A DNA stretch of 64,000 nt from Eledone cirrhosa (taxonomy: Eukaryota). Positions 44,470-59,313 of this stretch are shown here, in pieces. Location of the stretch: assembly GCA_964016885.1 (NCBI GenBank), contig OZ024745.1:16802001-16866000 (forward strand), given 5' to 3'. A program made the position numbers and the translations under genes. Position 1 is the first letter of the stretch; every line of letters starts with the position of its first letter. Under the pieces are notes generated by a model. The model did not search any database and was not told where the DNA came from. It saw only the letters and a list, made by a program, of their open reading frames with translations.

Positions 44470-45365
44470 CTTCGATTCCCATCACCACCGCCCCCGAGGT
44501 GTTCGACACCATGAAGGTGGTATCGACCGTATATTCCGACACCGCCCTTCAACGATCCAGATGGATAAAGATGTCCAGCAACAGCTCCAGCGTCCGCAGT
44601 AAAGGCTCCAGAGTTAATGCATACAGAAGGGTGGGGAGAAGGCACCAATGACGGACCGATTGTATGAGCTGAAATGGCTCCGAAATTTGGCCATTTACTT
44701 TGACCACCGAGCAGATGCCAGTGTGCATTGCAGCAATCCCGCCTCTGTAGACAGGACCGAAGAAACTAAATTGAGGACAGCCAACTAGGTATCAATGGTC
44801 GACCATACCAAAAACCTTCGATTGATCAAAATTGATCATAGCCCCACCGTAGCAAGGTTTACACCCTACCCTCTCTATGATATTTCTCATGAGGTGGACG
44901 ATGTCTTGTACGGACCTGGACAGGATTGTGGAATTTTGCACCTGCCTACCAAATCCTCGATGACAAGCGCCAATTACTTCACTAACACCTTCGCCAAAAT
45001 CTTTAACGAATTCCCCTTGTCTTCATCAGCGGGACTTATAACTGGGAATACATTCGTTCTGCTGCCAGTTGCAGTTGACCTCTTTGAGGAGATCGGAGAA
45101 CAAGTCTGGCATATCTACATAAAACACGTAGTACACGCCATACAAACCGAATGAATTCGCCTTGTGCAACCGTCCAGGGCATCCGAAATTTGGGTTAAGT
45201 TATCTTAATTTCGCAGCACTCAGCCGTGCCTGGGGGGTGTCACCGGAGGCCGTCGAGGTAGGAACTGAAGTGTGACATCCTCGATCACCCCGCCATCCCC
45301 GAATAGCTGAGCAAAATGCTGGTGAATGGCCGCACACATCTGCCTGGAATCGTTCAAAAAGAGTC
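44470..45365 (-). mobile_element. decayed L1/Tx1-clade LINE reverse transcriptase fragment
   Basis: With frameshifts: LKILAKVLVK*LALVIEDLVG..SVQDIVHLMRNIIERVGCKPCYGGAMINFDQSKVFGMVDH..SEPFQLIQSVRHWCLLPTLLYALTLEPLLRTLELL..EYTVDTTFMVS, i.e. RT motifs D..KAFD.VDH, QGCPLSP and YADD, all degenerate. Confidence 0.8.
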
Positions 45366-47609
45366 TCGCTAATACGTCAGTTAAAATGCCACTTATAATC
45401 GGCTCGTGTAATTTAGCACCAGCTGCCCCTCTTTCTATTTTTTATAACGCTAACTTTTTCTTTTTTATTAAAACCTATTGAAACTACTCTAATCACTCTC
45501 TTGAGAGCATCCCACCACATTTTGTTGACAACCACTGTCAACTTAGACTTAACTAAAATGGTTACCAGGTCGCTGTAAGCTTTATGAGACGGGAATGATG
45601 TGATGAGCTTCTAGTAACTAGGTCCTAGCCAATAAGTTTTATTTAGATCCTCTATGCAGATCAGAAATGTGTGATCTGAATTTGCGATCGTTCGGAAATG
45701 TGGACAACCTATACTATCCTTAACTACTGAAATAATACAAAACTTATCTATCATATATACGATCAATATGAGACAATGTGTCTGGGCTAGGTCTACACTA
45801 GTGCATTAGGGAAATATGGTCGGTACCTCTCAGACAGAAGTACTGGCTGATCTGGTACTTGAGGCTGTTGCAGCTTCCGACCATATTAGCTACACCCACA
45901 CAATCCCAGTGTGTGTGTGTGTGTGGGGGGGGGGGGGGTTCATGCAGATATACATTTTCATATAATTGGTGAACGAAGCACTCATATCTACACACACATA
46001 TTTAGGTGCCTCTCCTAGCTCAATGAATGTCGTATACTCATCCTGAGTTAGTCTGCTTCTGAACACCAAATTATTAACTTCCACACGTCTGAACAGTAAA
46101 TATTCTCCGAATTTGTATATATATATTATCTACTGTGATGTGTTTAATATTTAGAATGGACCTGTATAATTATTGATTTATGTAGAAATGTGGAATGGAA
46201 TTAATACTGACGTTTATAGAATGCTGTAGCATTCAAGTAGTAATGTAAGAAAAGACAAAATCAATATTTAAATTTGAAGCATAGACGAAATAATATTGCT
46301 AAGTTAAAATACCTCAACAAAACATCACTGAGATGAACGAAGAAAGATAATTCAACGTAAACAGTTAAGTTGTTTCTCTATTGCTTCAAGGTGAGTGAAG
46401 TAGTTTCATTAAATTGCTTGCCTTTATTTCTACCATTTTTCAGTGGTTCTGGTAACATCACAATATTTCACACTTAGCAAGATATTCGACTTAATAATCC
46501 ACACATCTGTGTAAATTCTTCTTCTTCTTCTTCTTCTTCTTCTTCTTCTTCTTCTTCTTCTTCTTCTTCTTCTATCGAAAAAACTTTACTTGAGAACCTT
46601 TAATACCAGTTATATGTGAAGGCGAGTGGTGAATTCATGTCTGCAAAGACTAAATATAACTGCCTGGGCCACGCAAAGTGCTTATTGAGAAAGAGAAATC
46701 ATCAAGGGCCTGATCATAAAACATTGTATTGGGACCAAATTATATGATGATCAACTGAAGTAATACATTATAGTTATGCAGAGACCCTAAAAACTTCCCC
46801 ACGGTCACGAACACACATTTTCCGGCAACTGTGATGACTCTCGTGTATCTTCAAACGATCAAATCCGGGAAAAAAAAATGAAAAAGAACACGTCAACATT
46901 TTATACTTTAGTAATTATTAATGTTTAATTAATGTGAAATATCGAATCGGTTATATATCAATATTGCTTCATTAGAAAAGATGTAATCTCACCGCATCGT
47001 TTATCACATGGCGTAGCAAGGGATGAGTTCCTACATTTGAGTAAAACAATATTCTCCAGTCTCCACCTAACGCATGAGGAAAATGGCAATGGCCCTACGA
47101 TTTGTCGTAGGAGGCGAGGAAGGGTATATGAAATAACAATATTCTGAATGTATTAATGATATAATATTATATCTATTATGTGGCGTTTTATCATTCCATC
47201 ATAACGAAATAGTTGCAACACAGCATATTTAATAACATGAAACTTTACCATATGCTAACTATATAAATATTTAGATAAAGAGAAACAATTTATTTTCCTG
47301 ACTTTCCCATGACATTATTAAAAGAAATTGCTTACACTCTCTGAAGTTAATTCTCGCTATTATTTAATAGTTTGCTTTCATGTTATCAAATTGGGTGGCG
47401 TGAAATGGGCTGATAAACACTCATTAATATAATGTAATTTACTCGTTTTATTTACAATCCTTTAAAATTTATAATGGTATTAGAATGAAATAGTATGGTT
47501 ACACTGGGTAATTGGTGGCCTTGTGCCAAAAGTAGAAACAATTAATATAATGCAATTGTAATCTACTTGTCATTGCATTGTTTTATGAATAAGCGTATTT
47601 ATACAATTC

Positions 47610-47977
<368 letters not shown>

Positions 47978-48074
47978 GAGTTAATTAAACAAGATTCAAT
48001 GAGTATATCAGAGAATGAGTTTTACAGTAGATGGGAAGCATTCTACGGTAAATAATTTTCGAGAGTTATTAATA

Positions 48075-48405
48075 TTAAAATACAAATATTAATAAAATAG
48101 ATCTTCTTTTGATCAATTACATTTTATTATACATATTTCGGATGTACAACAGTACGTCCTCATCAGACAAAATATAATGATACATGACATACCCTGAGAT
48201 GTTAAATGGTTAAGATTTAATCAAGGTAGTGATTAACCTAAGAGAAAATTTAACATGTATAGCCTAATAATGAGAAAATACGAAATAGTATGTCATGTAT
48301 CATTATATTTTGTCTGATGAGGGCGTACTGTTGTACATCCGAAATATGTATAATAAAATATAATTGATGAAAAGAACATCTATTTTATTAATATTTGTAT
48401 TTTAA
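48075..48405. mobile_element. fold-back element (~115 bp arms) with intact hammerhead in both arms
   Basis: 48075-48192 is the reverse complement of 48288-48405; lies between (TA)n tracts. Confidence 0.9.
48307..48359 (+). ncRNA. type I minimal hammerhead ribozyme
   Basis: attttgt CTGATGA gggcgtac tgtt gtacatcc GAAA tatgta TA ataaaat. Mirror copy at 48121-48173(-). Confidence 0.85.
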
Positions 48406-48413
48406 TATATATA

Positions 48414-48545
<132 letters not shown>

Positions 48546-48576
48546 AAAGAATAGAGGTGTAACACACGAGTTATGA

Positions 48577-49048
<472 letters not shown>

Positions 49049-49228
49049 GGATATGTGTTCCTACACGCACAAGGCGCTAAGGGACACATGTATTGTACAA
49101 CCATATGCCAATGTGGTTCCATGGCAGGTTAATAAATTAACGAGCCAGAACATATATAATCAAGGTTTAGCAAATAAGATAAAGTTTCAAAATAAATTAA
49201 AAAAAATTAACTTTACTTACTATGGTTA

Positions 49229-49310
49229 CCTTTACCGAGTCGGTTTCGATTCTCAAAAATAAACGGAGTCCATACGGCCTTCGTTGCAAAGAAAGAATCT
49301 CGTCAGAAGG
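49229..49310 (-). ncRNA. type I hammerhead ribozyme with large stem II loop
   Basis: cctt CTGACGA gattct [~39 nt] agaatc GAAA ccga c tcgg TA aagg. Confidence 0.8.
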
Positions 49311-49580
49311 ATCTTTCCATTCGGAGAATATAAAATTCTCGAATTCAAATTACGAACTGGCGCTATTCAAAATTGTTCCCGAGATGAGAGTAAATGAAGT
49401 GGAATCAATTTTTTCAAGGGCCGAGTGTAAAGATAAAGGCTTACTCTCATCTCGGGAACAATTTTGAATAGCGCCAGTTCGTAATTTGAATTCGAGAATT
49501 TTATATTCTCCGAATAAAAAGATCCTTCTGACGAGATTCTTTCTTTGCAACGAAGGCCGTATGGACTCCGTTTATTTTTG
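49255..49580. mobile_element. fold-back element (~140 bp arms)
   Basis: 49255-49393 is the reverse complement of 49441-49580; between (TA)n tracts. Confidence 0.9.
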
Positions 49581-49610
49581 GTAGATTTATCTACATATAT
49601 ATATATATAT

Positions 49611-49935
49611 TTATAAAAGGAATTCCAACTTTGTCTGGTTTACTCATTTTATTTACAATCCTTTAAAATGTATAATGTTATTATAATGAACTAGTATGGT
49701 AGAATATTAAATGTTAAGTGTTAATTGAACAAGTTCTTTCATGCTTTCGCAATCTTCAGGTTCATATTCTGTGGTGACAGTCAAGTTTGCAATTTTCAGT
49801 TGAAAATTACAAACTTGTTCAATTAACACTTAACATTTAATATTCTACCATAAGATTTCATTCTAATACCATTATACATTTTAAAGGATTGTAAATAAAA
49901 CGAGTAAATCAGACAAAGTTGGAATTCCTCTTATT
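49611..49935. mobile_element. fold-back element (~120 bp arms); fragment of the same family at 47425-47500
   Basis: GGAATTCCAACTTTGTCTG...TTGAACAAGTT pairs with AACTTGTTCAA...CAGACAAAGTTGGAATTCC. Confidence 0.85.
49726..49764 (-). ncRNA. type I minimal hammerhead ribozyme
   Basis: tgaac CTGAAGA ttgc gaaa gcat GAAA gaac TT gttca. Confidence 0.7.
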
Positions 49936-49968
49936 AATATAATCTTCTGTACACAATCATATAGACCC

Positions 49969-50090
<122 letters not shown>

Positions 50091-52048
50091 TATTTATTTA
50101 TATCCAGGGATCAAACATACTCACAATTAAAGATCATCTCAGGAAAAAGTGGGTGAAGAAGAAGAAGAAGAAGAAGAAGAAGAAGAAGAAGAAGAAGAAG
50201 AAGAAGAAGAAGAAGAACTATTTTAAATAATTAAAATTGTTGGGATGTTTCCTTTTTCTCAACTGACCAGAATAGATCAGTAAGACACCTATAGTCTCTT
50301 CTCCGTAAGAGTCAGATTTAAATTTATTAAAATCTCTTGACTCAGTATATATCATATTACTTTACAATATGTATACATGTAGAGCAACTTCTTGTACACG
50401 TTGTAGTCGACAGGGGGTGAAATTTGATCTTTTAACTGATCTTTTAGAATGTTACTAAACTTGTTTTAAATCGCACCCTGGCACTTTGAACAGTGATAGT
50501 AAGTATCATTAGCCTTATAAATGTTACACAATATATTCCCATAGTTATTTCAGTTCTTTTTGCCACCACCCTTAACTCTACAAAATACTTCCGCAGTGCT
50601 AGTACTGTTACTGCCTCCGTCTATCTCTCTCTCTCCCCATCTCTCACTATCAAACGGGTGACCCCACCCTGGCCGCCCAACATTGGTCGTCCCCGCACTG
50701 AACCCGTATTCCCAAATACATGGCAATTGATTTGAAGAGAGATAATGGGTTTCTCAGTTGGTGACGCAACGCTTAACTAACGAAAACGCAATTGTTCTGA
50801 AATTTATATTTTAAATTTAGATTATAATTCAATATAGAAATAAAACACGAAACCATAATGTGATAAATAATTTTAGAAAACATATAAAACATCATTGTAA
50901 TTTCATATTAATTTTGTAAGTTATATTTTCTAATATTTCTACCACAACATGAGACTATTTTGTAACATATTTTTACTTGATTACATATTCATTTAAATAT
51001 ATATTTAAACAACATATTTATGTTTGTTCGTATACATATCTCAGCTGTGTTCCTTTGTGGTTACATCATGTTTGTACGAAACTAATTTCAAAAATCTTCT
51101 AGAAATAATTGGTTATAACAAAAACTATGATTTGAAATGTTCTCTTAACATTCAATATTTCCATTAGAAATCATAGGAAAATTATTGCAGATGTAAAAAA
51201 TGATGTTTATCAAAAGCTCAGTGGGAACTTCCGAATCAAAATTAATTATAGTCAGAGAAAAAAGTAATTTACTGAATTTAGTAATTCACGTATAAAAAAA
51301 GTCTAAATATCTTCAGTCGTTGAACATCTCTCTTTGTTTAATAAAACTATACACTAAGACTAAACGAAGAAAATTACTAACTTTTCATCCTGCGTATTTA
51401 ATGAGACACTTTAAGTGTTATAATCCCCTACAGCTGCATGTATGCCTATCTAAATTAAATTAAAACTACGTCCATTTCATTAACTATTATGCGCTGTTCC
51501 TTCATGAGAGAGTAGTACCAAATAATTAAATTGTATTTATGAACTTGATATTATTCATTTATGAACATGATATGACACAGCGTTCAATTTTACAATGGAT
51601 TAAATCGGAATCGTCTTTTGATAGAAAGGTGTAAATGAATGCTCGAAATTGGTGAGATTTGAACTTAGTATGTAAAATAACACAGGAAAATACTACAAAC
51701 ATTAAGCCATAAACCTTTTAATATATTAAACATGAACTCAGTATTGGTAGTTATCACTGACAATGGTAATTTATCAAGATTACTTGTTGAAACATATGCC
51801 AAACCCTCTATATTGAGTAATTGCACAGAATATCTCAATTACATATGCGCAACATGTGTTGGCTGCTCTTCTTTTGTGTTGCTGTTGTTTTGTCCCGGAC
51901 TGTCTTTGGACAAAGGTATTCCATTCACTCATAATGTCTTACATGACTGATCACTGACTACTGATCTTGTAATTCCTAATTTAGTCGTATGGACACTTTA
52001 AATCTGAAGGTATCCGCTCCCTTACAGATTTGGCAATGTCCGGTGTTA

Positions 52049-52098
<50 letters not shown>

Positions 52099-52101
52099 CA
52101 C

Positions 52102-52211
<110 letters not shown>

Positions 52212-52249
52212 AACGAAGTTGGCTGTGTGGTTACTGTAAACAAGATTGA

Positions 52250-52453
52250 AGATGGTAATATGGACGAAACAAGAGAAGAAACCTTTCATCAGCTGTTAAC
52301 TGCAGATCATAGATGTTTCCGCGCTTAAAACAGGACATCGAAAGCGATCAGCAGCGCGCCCAAGGCCATTCGATGTCCTGTTTTAAGCGCCGAAACATCT
52401 ATGATTCAGCTGATGAAGAGCTTCTTCTCTTGTTTCGCGTCCATATTACCATC
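52250..52453. mobile_element. fold-back element (~90 bp arms)
   Basis: AGATGGTAATATGGACG...CAGGACATCGAA pairs with TTCGATGTCCTG...CGTCCATATTACCATCT. It contains GAAAC and CTGATGA but I could not build a clean hammerhead. Confidence 0.8.
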
Positions 52454-52574
52454 TTAATATATATATATATATAATTTTGCGAGGTTTTTTATATGAAATC
52501 GTGTGTCGAAACAAATATTGTTATACTTGGGGAGGGTCATATTTGTGTAATAATATTGCCAGAATCATGGAATA

Positions 52575-52990
52575 GCTTAGATAGGACTAGACATAAGATA
52601 GGGAAAGCTACCTCATGGTACGACAACCAGAGATACCAGACTGTCATGTTTGTGGACGCTACCCCTGGAGGGAAATTAGCTAACCAGTGTAGAAAGGCCC
52701 TGAGAAAGACCCACTTAAAGATTAAGGTACTAGAAAAGACAAGAACCACCATACAATCCCTGATCAGCAAAACCTACCCTTTTAAGAAAACCCACTGTAC
52801 TAATAGGAAATGTATCATATGTAGAGTAAACCCCCGGATAAACTGTAAAACTAGAAACGTAATCTATAGCATAAGATGTACAGAGGGTACTTGCAGAAAC
52901 ATGACAACAACATACATAGACGAGACAGCTCGTAGCATAGGTGAAAGGATAGACCAGCACTGGGGGGAACTAAAAAGACGGAAAAACGTA
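52575..52990 (+). pseudogene. Penelope-like element fragment: Cys-rich linker plus N-terminal GIY-YIG (Neptune-type architecture)
   Basis: TVMFVDATPGGKLANQCRKAL..IKVLEK..CTNRKCIICRVNPRINCKTRNVIYSIRCTEGTCRNMTTTYIDETARSIGERIDQH: CxxxxCxxC...C linker, then VIY..C..C..YIDET.R....R..QH. Confidence 0.85.
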
Positions 52991-53553
52991 TATGTATACA
53001 GACGTACAGTAGTATGTATATATATATACATACATGCACACATATATATATGTACGTGTACATACTTATATTTAAGTAACAGCCGTACTAAGAGTGGGAA
53101 ATGAAATTTCGTTTCATTTTTTCCGTTTATCGTTTTCGGTGCACCCGGCCGACCGAGTAACCCACTCGATATGCTAATTGGGCTACTCAGCTGTTAATAT
53201 GCATAATGTAAGTATATACGTTCAACAATCTGGCAGGAAGGTATACGTTGCTGACGATAGCTAATAAGCTTGAGACTACTGCAGCGTTCTTTTGTCAGTG
53301 TTGAACAAACGAGCAACGATGGTTGCTGGACACTACGGCTTAATACGGGATGTTTGTTTTCAAACACACCGAGCATTATAATAAATGTTCGGTGAATCCA
53401 TACGTACATATATATATGTGTGCATGTATGTATATATATATATATGCATACTACTGTACGTCTGTATACATATATGTATGTACGTGTACATACTTATATT
53501 TAAGTAACAGCCGTACTAAGAGTGGGAAATGAAATTTCGTTTCATTTTTTTCC

Positions 53554-53628
<75 letters not shown>

Positions 53629-53816
53629 GAAGTTGTATTTGATTTGTTGGAAGTCCGACAAACAAAAATGTTCATAACTAATTTAGAGCACTCAACAAGT
53701 TACTAGAGTAAATATTCAATGATATTAAATATTCTATCCGACTAATTCCAGTGAATTTCCAACCGATAAGGTATGATTTTCATGGGTACGTCTCTATTTA
53801 TAAAACAAACTTTGTA

Positions 53817-53877
53817 TTTTATCTGATGAAAGCTTACTAATGTAGTCTTGGTTGCCCTTGAAATATATATAATAAAA
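53817..53877 (+). ncRNA. hammerhead of the 4141 family (stem II degenerate)
   Basis: ttttat CTGATGA aagcttactaatgtagtcttggttgccctt GAAA tatata TA ataaaa. Confidence 0.6.
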
Positions 53878-53941
53878 TAAATATCGTTTTATAAATATAG
53901 TTTCCATTTATTTAATATCATTTTATATATATATATATATA

Positions 53942-54428
53942 TATTTATTAAAATAACACCTTACTGTTTAAGCAAAGAATCGCTGCTTTCACCCTTAACG
54001 GGATCTTCCGAAACTAAAAAAGTCTCTATGAATCCCCTAATAGAATCACATAATATAATATTAGTCTACGACTTCATTTATACCATAAACGTGGTTTTGT
54101 CTTTGCGTGTAATTGTTTTTCACCGCTCTAAATAATGACGTATTATCTTCGTTTTTTCCGTTCTTTGCCAGGGAACGTTTCCACGAACCAAAGTATCGTC
54201 TTCCTGTCTTCCTCCGGTTGCGACTTTTTTGTAATATTTACTTTTGCGTTCAGAGATTGACTTTTTTAGTTTCAGAAGATCCCTTTAAGGGTGAAAGCAG
54301 CGATTATTTGCTTAAACTTTAATCTGTTATTTTAATAAATATTTGCTCTACGGTTCTTATATATTTGATATATATTTATCCTTATCGAGCCCACTTTGGA
54401 TTTTAGTCTTCAAATTTATTATTATTAT
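53942..54428. mobile_element. asymmetric fold-back of the 30270-31878 pseudo-LTR family, without ORF
   Basis: 54060-54428 matches 31595-31878 and the reverse complement of 30270-30635. A short inverted arm lies at 53942-54027; another stub at 60738-60775. Confidence 0.85.
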
Positions 54429-54457
54429 ATATATAAATATATTTATATATATATATT

Positions 54458-54528
<71 letters not shown>

Positions 54529-54842
54529 GGTATGAGAGAAATTTGAGAAAAAATGTAGCTGCTACTTCAAACAGTTCGAAATTTCACATAGGTCGTCCTA
54601 TGTTGTTTATGTATATAGAGATACTTGTTGGCATTGTCTCTCCTTAGCAGAATCTTGATCGAGCAGTCATATGATGAAATGCACTCCAACTATTACTATC
54701 CAATCTTTTTCGGCTGCTCTTAAAGACGCTCAAGTGATCCAATTGATATTTCTCGTTGGCTTGTTAACGAAGTTTTGGTAAATAATAACTGAATTAGGTA
54801 TAGATATTTCTGAATATTCAGGTTGTTTCTCATTATTGTTAC

Positions 54843-55068
54843 CTTCAGAACAAACTATATTTTATGTTGGTAGATTTTATATGTTATCTGATTCAACACG
54901 ATCTTAGATGTATTTAGTTGAGTTCACTCTGATGCAAGCTTTGAACCCAGATCTCCACAATTTCTCCAAAATATCTCTGGTGACTTTGGAAAATAAGGGG
55001 TCATAATGACTAAGAGGTAAAACCCGCAACGAAATACATATGATTGCAACAATTATTTTCTATAAAAC
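54843..55068 (-). other. candidate spliced exon (non-coding or UTR)
   Basis: Minus strand TTTTATTTTCAG|G acceptor and AAG|GTAACA donor; stops in all three frames. Confidence 0.2.
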
Positions 55069-57013
55069 CTGAAAATAAAATGCATTTTAATAAATTTGAT
55101 CGATATAGTACTGGATGGTATCGTTCACTTAGACAATATACATTTAGCAAGAGGAAACTCCTTAAAAACATCGACGTTATTTTGTGAAATATATTTAAAC
55201 ATTAATTGTTCTATAAAACAACTGGTATATCTATTTTTACTACAATGGATAGTAGGTAATTATTGAACCGTATTCTCTCATTATAAGTCAATGCCCCACT
55301 CACCAATTCTACGCCCTTATTTCATAAACACTCTTATCATATATTCAATTCGTTTATATTTTTCAACTCCATTATGTATGATTACAGAAATAGGTGGACA
55401 TATTGTCTAAATAATTGATTCTCCTCACACATTTAAATTTTCACTCACTATGTGTCTGTACGTGTGGCTTCAATATGTGGACGTAGTGATTAATAACATT
55501 CTTTATATATTCAATTTACATTAGGAATTCATAAAAGTGTGTCATAAAAAGATATCAATTAAATATGTATAAATAGTAAATATATTTTATTATGGTTGCT
55601 TTCTCACTATTGATAAAAGGCTGACCTATATTTCGGTCATAAAATAATATTCATTGTGTAAATATCACTACATATTTCAAAGTTCTGACGCATTTTAAAA
55701 TATCATATACTGAAAGTGCCATATCGCAATGAATTACTTTCCTTCTATTTATTACTTGTTTATTTAGTCATATCAATTGACTAGAAAATATAGCCGAGTT
55801 TGATTCAGTTACAGAATAGGGTTTTATGGTCTATGCGTCTAAATGAGCTAAAACCGTTTAATAGACTTAGAGAACAATAACTTAATTTATATTCGTGTAA
55901 TTTTCTTCATAGGAATAAATAGCTAGAAGTACTTTTCTGTGAATGGTACCAAGGATGTCATTATCTGCAGTGTGATACTTTGAATAAAAATTGGACTCAT
56001 AGATCAATATGAAATGATTACCATAACTATAAAGGAATCAAATGACAAAATACATTTTGCAATTATTGAAATAATTATATGGAAAATTATTTCTCACATA
56101 ACAACAAGTACAAAAAAATTTAGGTTACACAAGAAAATGAATGTATTTCACATTGGGAAAAGTTCTTTTTCGTTTCATCAATATAAACATAAACACGTAA
56201 AGATTGAGACATACACACTGCACTATAAATTATCCCTTATTCTCTCATTCTTTCTCTCTCCACCTCCCCTCTCCTTCTTTATCTCTCACTCTCTCTCTTT
56301 TTATTATATTGACTTTCTGGCCGACTGTTGGGTTCTTCCCGTTACGACATGAAAACCGCAACAGCTCAACCATTGGGCATAATCTAATTATAATAAATAC
56401 AATCTCCATTTAAAAGTATGCAATAAGAAACTAATCAATGGCCTTACTAGACTAAACGGGTAGTTCCATATCTATCTATATATATGTATATATAATTATA
56501 GACTAAGAGTGAAACCATTCGTTCACACTGAGTAAACGTATTAGTGTTAGAATAGTTTGTATGCAGCAACTATTGATATCACGTATTTGCAACTATTGAT
56601 GTCTCGCTATTGGTCAGTGGTAAATAGCGGCAAAAATTGAAATTAAAATATACAGCCTTATATAGATTTCAACCAGTTTGCGAAAAATTAAAAACGATTT
56701 GTAAAGAAATACAGAGTTTAAAGGATGTTAATACAATTTACTTACATCTCTGGTTGTTCTGTTAACTGGGAGAAATATATATTTACTGATAAGGGTATAG
56801 CAAATATTAGATATAATCCCGTTTGTTCACAATGAGATATGGTTTGAAGGTATCGAGCAAACTTGTCCCAGAATTCTATAAGTATGTATATATATTCATA
56901 AATGTGGCAGTTGCACAAATCATACACTACACATCCACACTCACACCCACATAGACACACACACATGCACACACATATGCATACATATACACACACACAC
57001 ATATATATATATG

Positions 57014-57105
<92 letters not shown>

Positions 57106-57251
57106 AAAAAAGTCAGGACATCAGGCTGAGCAACGGCCTGAGCTCAGCCGTCGGAGTCCTGACTCTTTTCCTATTACCCACTCTACTAACATAACTATCG
57201 AGTAGTCTGGTGCGTTATGGTCCACCTGGTTCCTTACCACGCTTTCTTTGT

Positions 57252-57317
<66 letters not shown>

Positions 57318-57389
57318 GGTAAACATTGATGCAATTCAATTCAAGCACTCAACGTACTTTTTCCACATAGGAATGACGGAGTAAATATC

Positions 57390-58855
57390 GAATAAGTAAA
57401 AGCGAAGTAGTTTCAGATGTCCAAGTCCTTTAATAATAATGCTGTGATATATATTTCAATGACGACACTGGCCACACTGTTCTGTGTGCGAGTGTCGTGA
57501 CATCATCAGACAGCTTGTTACATAATAAGGTTGTTTCCGAGGCAATCCAAATTGAATCGACATGGGAACGGATGAAGTTCGTGCTTTTGGGTTTTTCATC
57601 CGTTCCCTTGTGAGTAGCAATTCACCCCCACCGGTCTGCGCAAGCGCATGTCCGAAGGAAGTTGACCATTAGCACCGCAGATTTCAACGAAATTCGCTGT
57701 CAGTGGCCCACCAATGCCTTGCCAATATTTACTGCAACCCATCGCTAGTGTGGCAGTCAGCCGAAAGCCAGAGGGGATGGGAGGGTGTTAGTTTTTATAG
57801 GTCATAATACTACCTTTCACTTAGCGTTGACAGTAAGACTGACCATCAACTCATAAGGTAAAATAAACTTAATTCTAGGTACTATGGTTTTACATAGTAA
57901 GTTAAGAGTGAGAGTTGGGAATAAAAATTAAAATACTAAATCAAATATCAGAGATTATAAATTAAACAATAAAGAATTCAAAAATTCTGAATTCAAAAAT
58001 TTTTTTCAAGTGATAATTCGGATTAAGTAAAGATATACATTGAAGTGGGTAAATAATATGGAGAGAGATGTTTAAGTAATATGTTCTGTTTAAGTAATAT
58101 GTTCCGTCATAAGGTCCGGCACTGCCGTTCAATATCTGTAACACTAGAATCCCTCCCAGAACATATTACTTAAACATCTCTCTCCATATTATTTACCCAC
58201 TTCAATGTATATCTTTACTTAATCCGAATTATCACTTGAAAAAGATTTTTGAATTCAGAATTTTTGAATTCTTTATTGTTTAATTTATAATCTCTGATAT
58301 TTGATTTAGTATTTTAATTTTTATTCCCAACTCTCACTCTTAACTTACTATGTAAAACCATAGTACCTAGAATTAAGTTTATTTTACCTTATGAGTTGAT
58401 GGTCAGTCTTACTGTCAACGCTAAGTGAAAGGTAGTATTATGACCTATAAAAACTAACACCCTCCCATCCCCTCTGGCTTTCGGCTGACTGCCACACTAG
58501 CGATGGGTTGCAGTAAATATTGGCAAGGCATAGGTGGGCCACTGACAGCGAATTTCGTTGAAATCTGCGGTGCTAATGGTCAACTTCCTTCGGACATGCG
58601 CTTGCGCAGACCGGTGGGGGTGAATTGGTACTCACAAGGGAACGGATGAAAAACCCAAAAGCACGAACTTCATCCGTTCCCATGTCGATTCAATTTGGAT
58701 TGCCTCGGAAACAACCTTATTATGTAACAAGCTGTCTGATGATGTCACGGCACTCGCACACAGAACAGTGTGGCCAGTGTCGTCATTGAAATATATATCA
58801 CAGCATTATTATTAAAGGACTTGAACATCTGAAACTACTTCGCTTTTACTTATTC
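57390..58855. mobile_element. young ~700 bp-arm fold-back element with hammerheads
   Basis: 57390-58088 is the reverse complement of 58157-58855 with only a handful of differences; near (TA)n/(CT)n on both sides. Confidence 0.95.
58731..58804 (+). ncRNA. type I hammerhead ribozyme with extended stem II
   Basis: gctgt CTGATGA tgtcacggcact cgcacac agaaca gtgtggcc agtgtcgtcatt GAAA tatata TC acagc. Mirror copy at 57441-57514(-). Confidence 0.85.
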
Positions 58856-59042
58856 TCTCTCTCTATATATATATACATGGGATAACAAGTTATCGTTATA
58901 GGTAATCCAGTTAGAGGTTGTGAGTACTCTGTATTGTGGCTAGTTTTAACGTACGGCGTTGTTTGACTCAACAAGTTGTTTCCATAGTTAGGTAGCGAGT
59001 TCGCGAGAATTCCTATGCAGGTTATACTTGGAGTAATAATAG

Positions 59043-59313
59043 TGAAAGATTGAAGAATAACATGGTCGGCTGTACAACAAGGGGCTTTATTTCAAGTATT
59101 AACAATTGTTTCATTGATGATGTGAGTCTGGACGCCGCTAATCACTCGAAGTTGGTTGCGTCACTTGACCTCAAATACAGTCTTTACCTGTTGAGGTCTA
59201 GTGACGCAACTTCGAGTGATTAGGGGCCTCTCCTGATAAATGAAACAATGTTTAATACATGAAATAAAGCTTCTTGTTGTTCAGCCGACACCATGTTATT
59301 GTTCAATCTTTCA
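59043..59313. mobile_element. older fold-back element related to the 10210-11963 pseudo-LTR family
   Basis: TGAAAGATTGAAGAATAACATGG...GACCTCAA pairs with TTGAGGTC...CCATGTTATTGTTCAATCTTTCA. Confidence 0.8.

Noticed and set aside
57564-57607. SECIS-like hairpin containing ATGA
   Set aside because: The stem is fully Watson-Crick paired and lacks the tandem GA/AG quartet.
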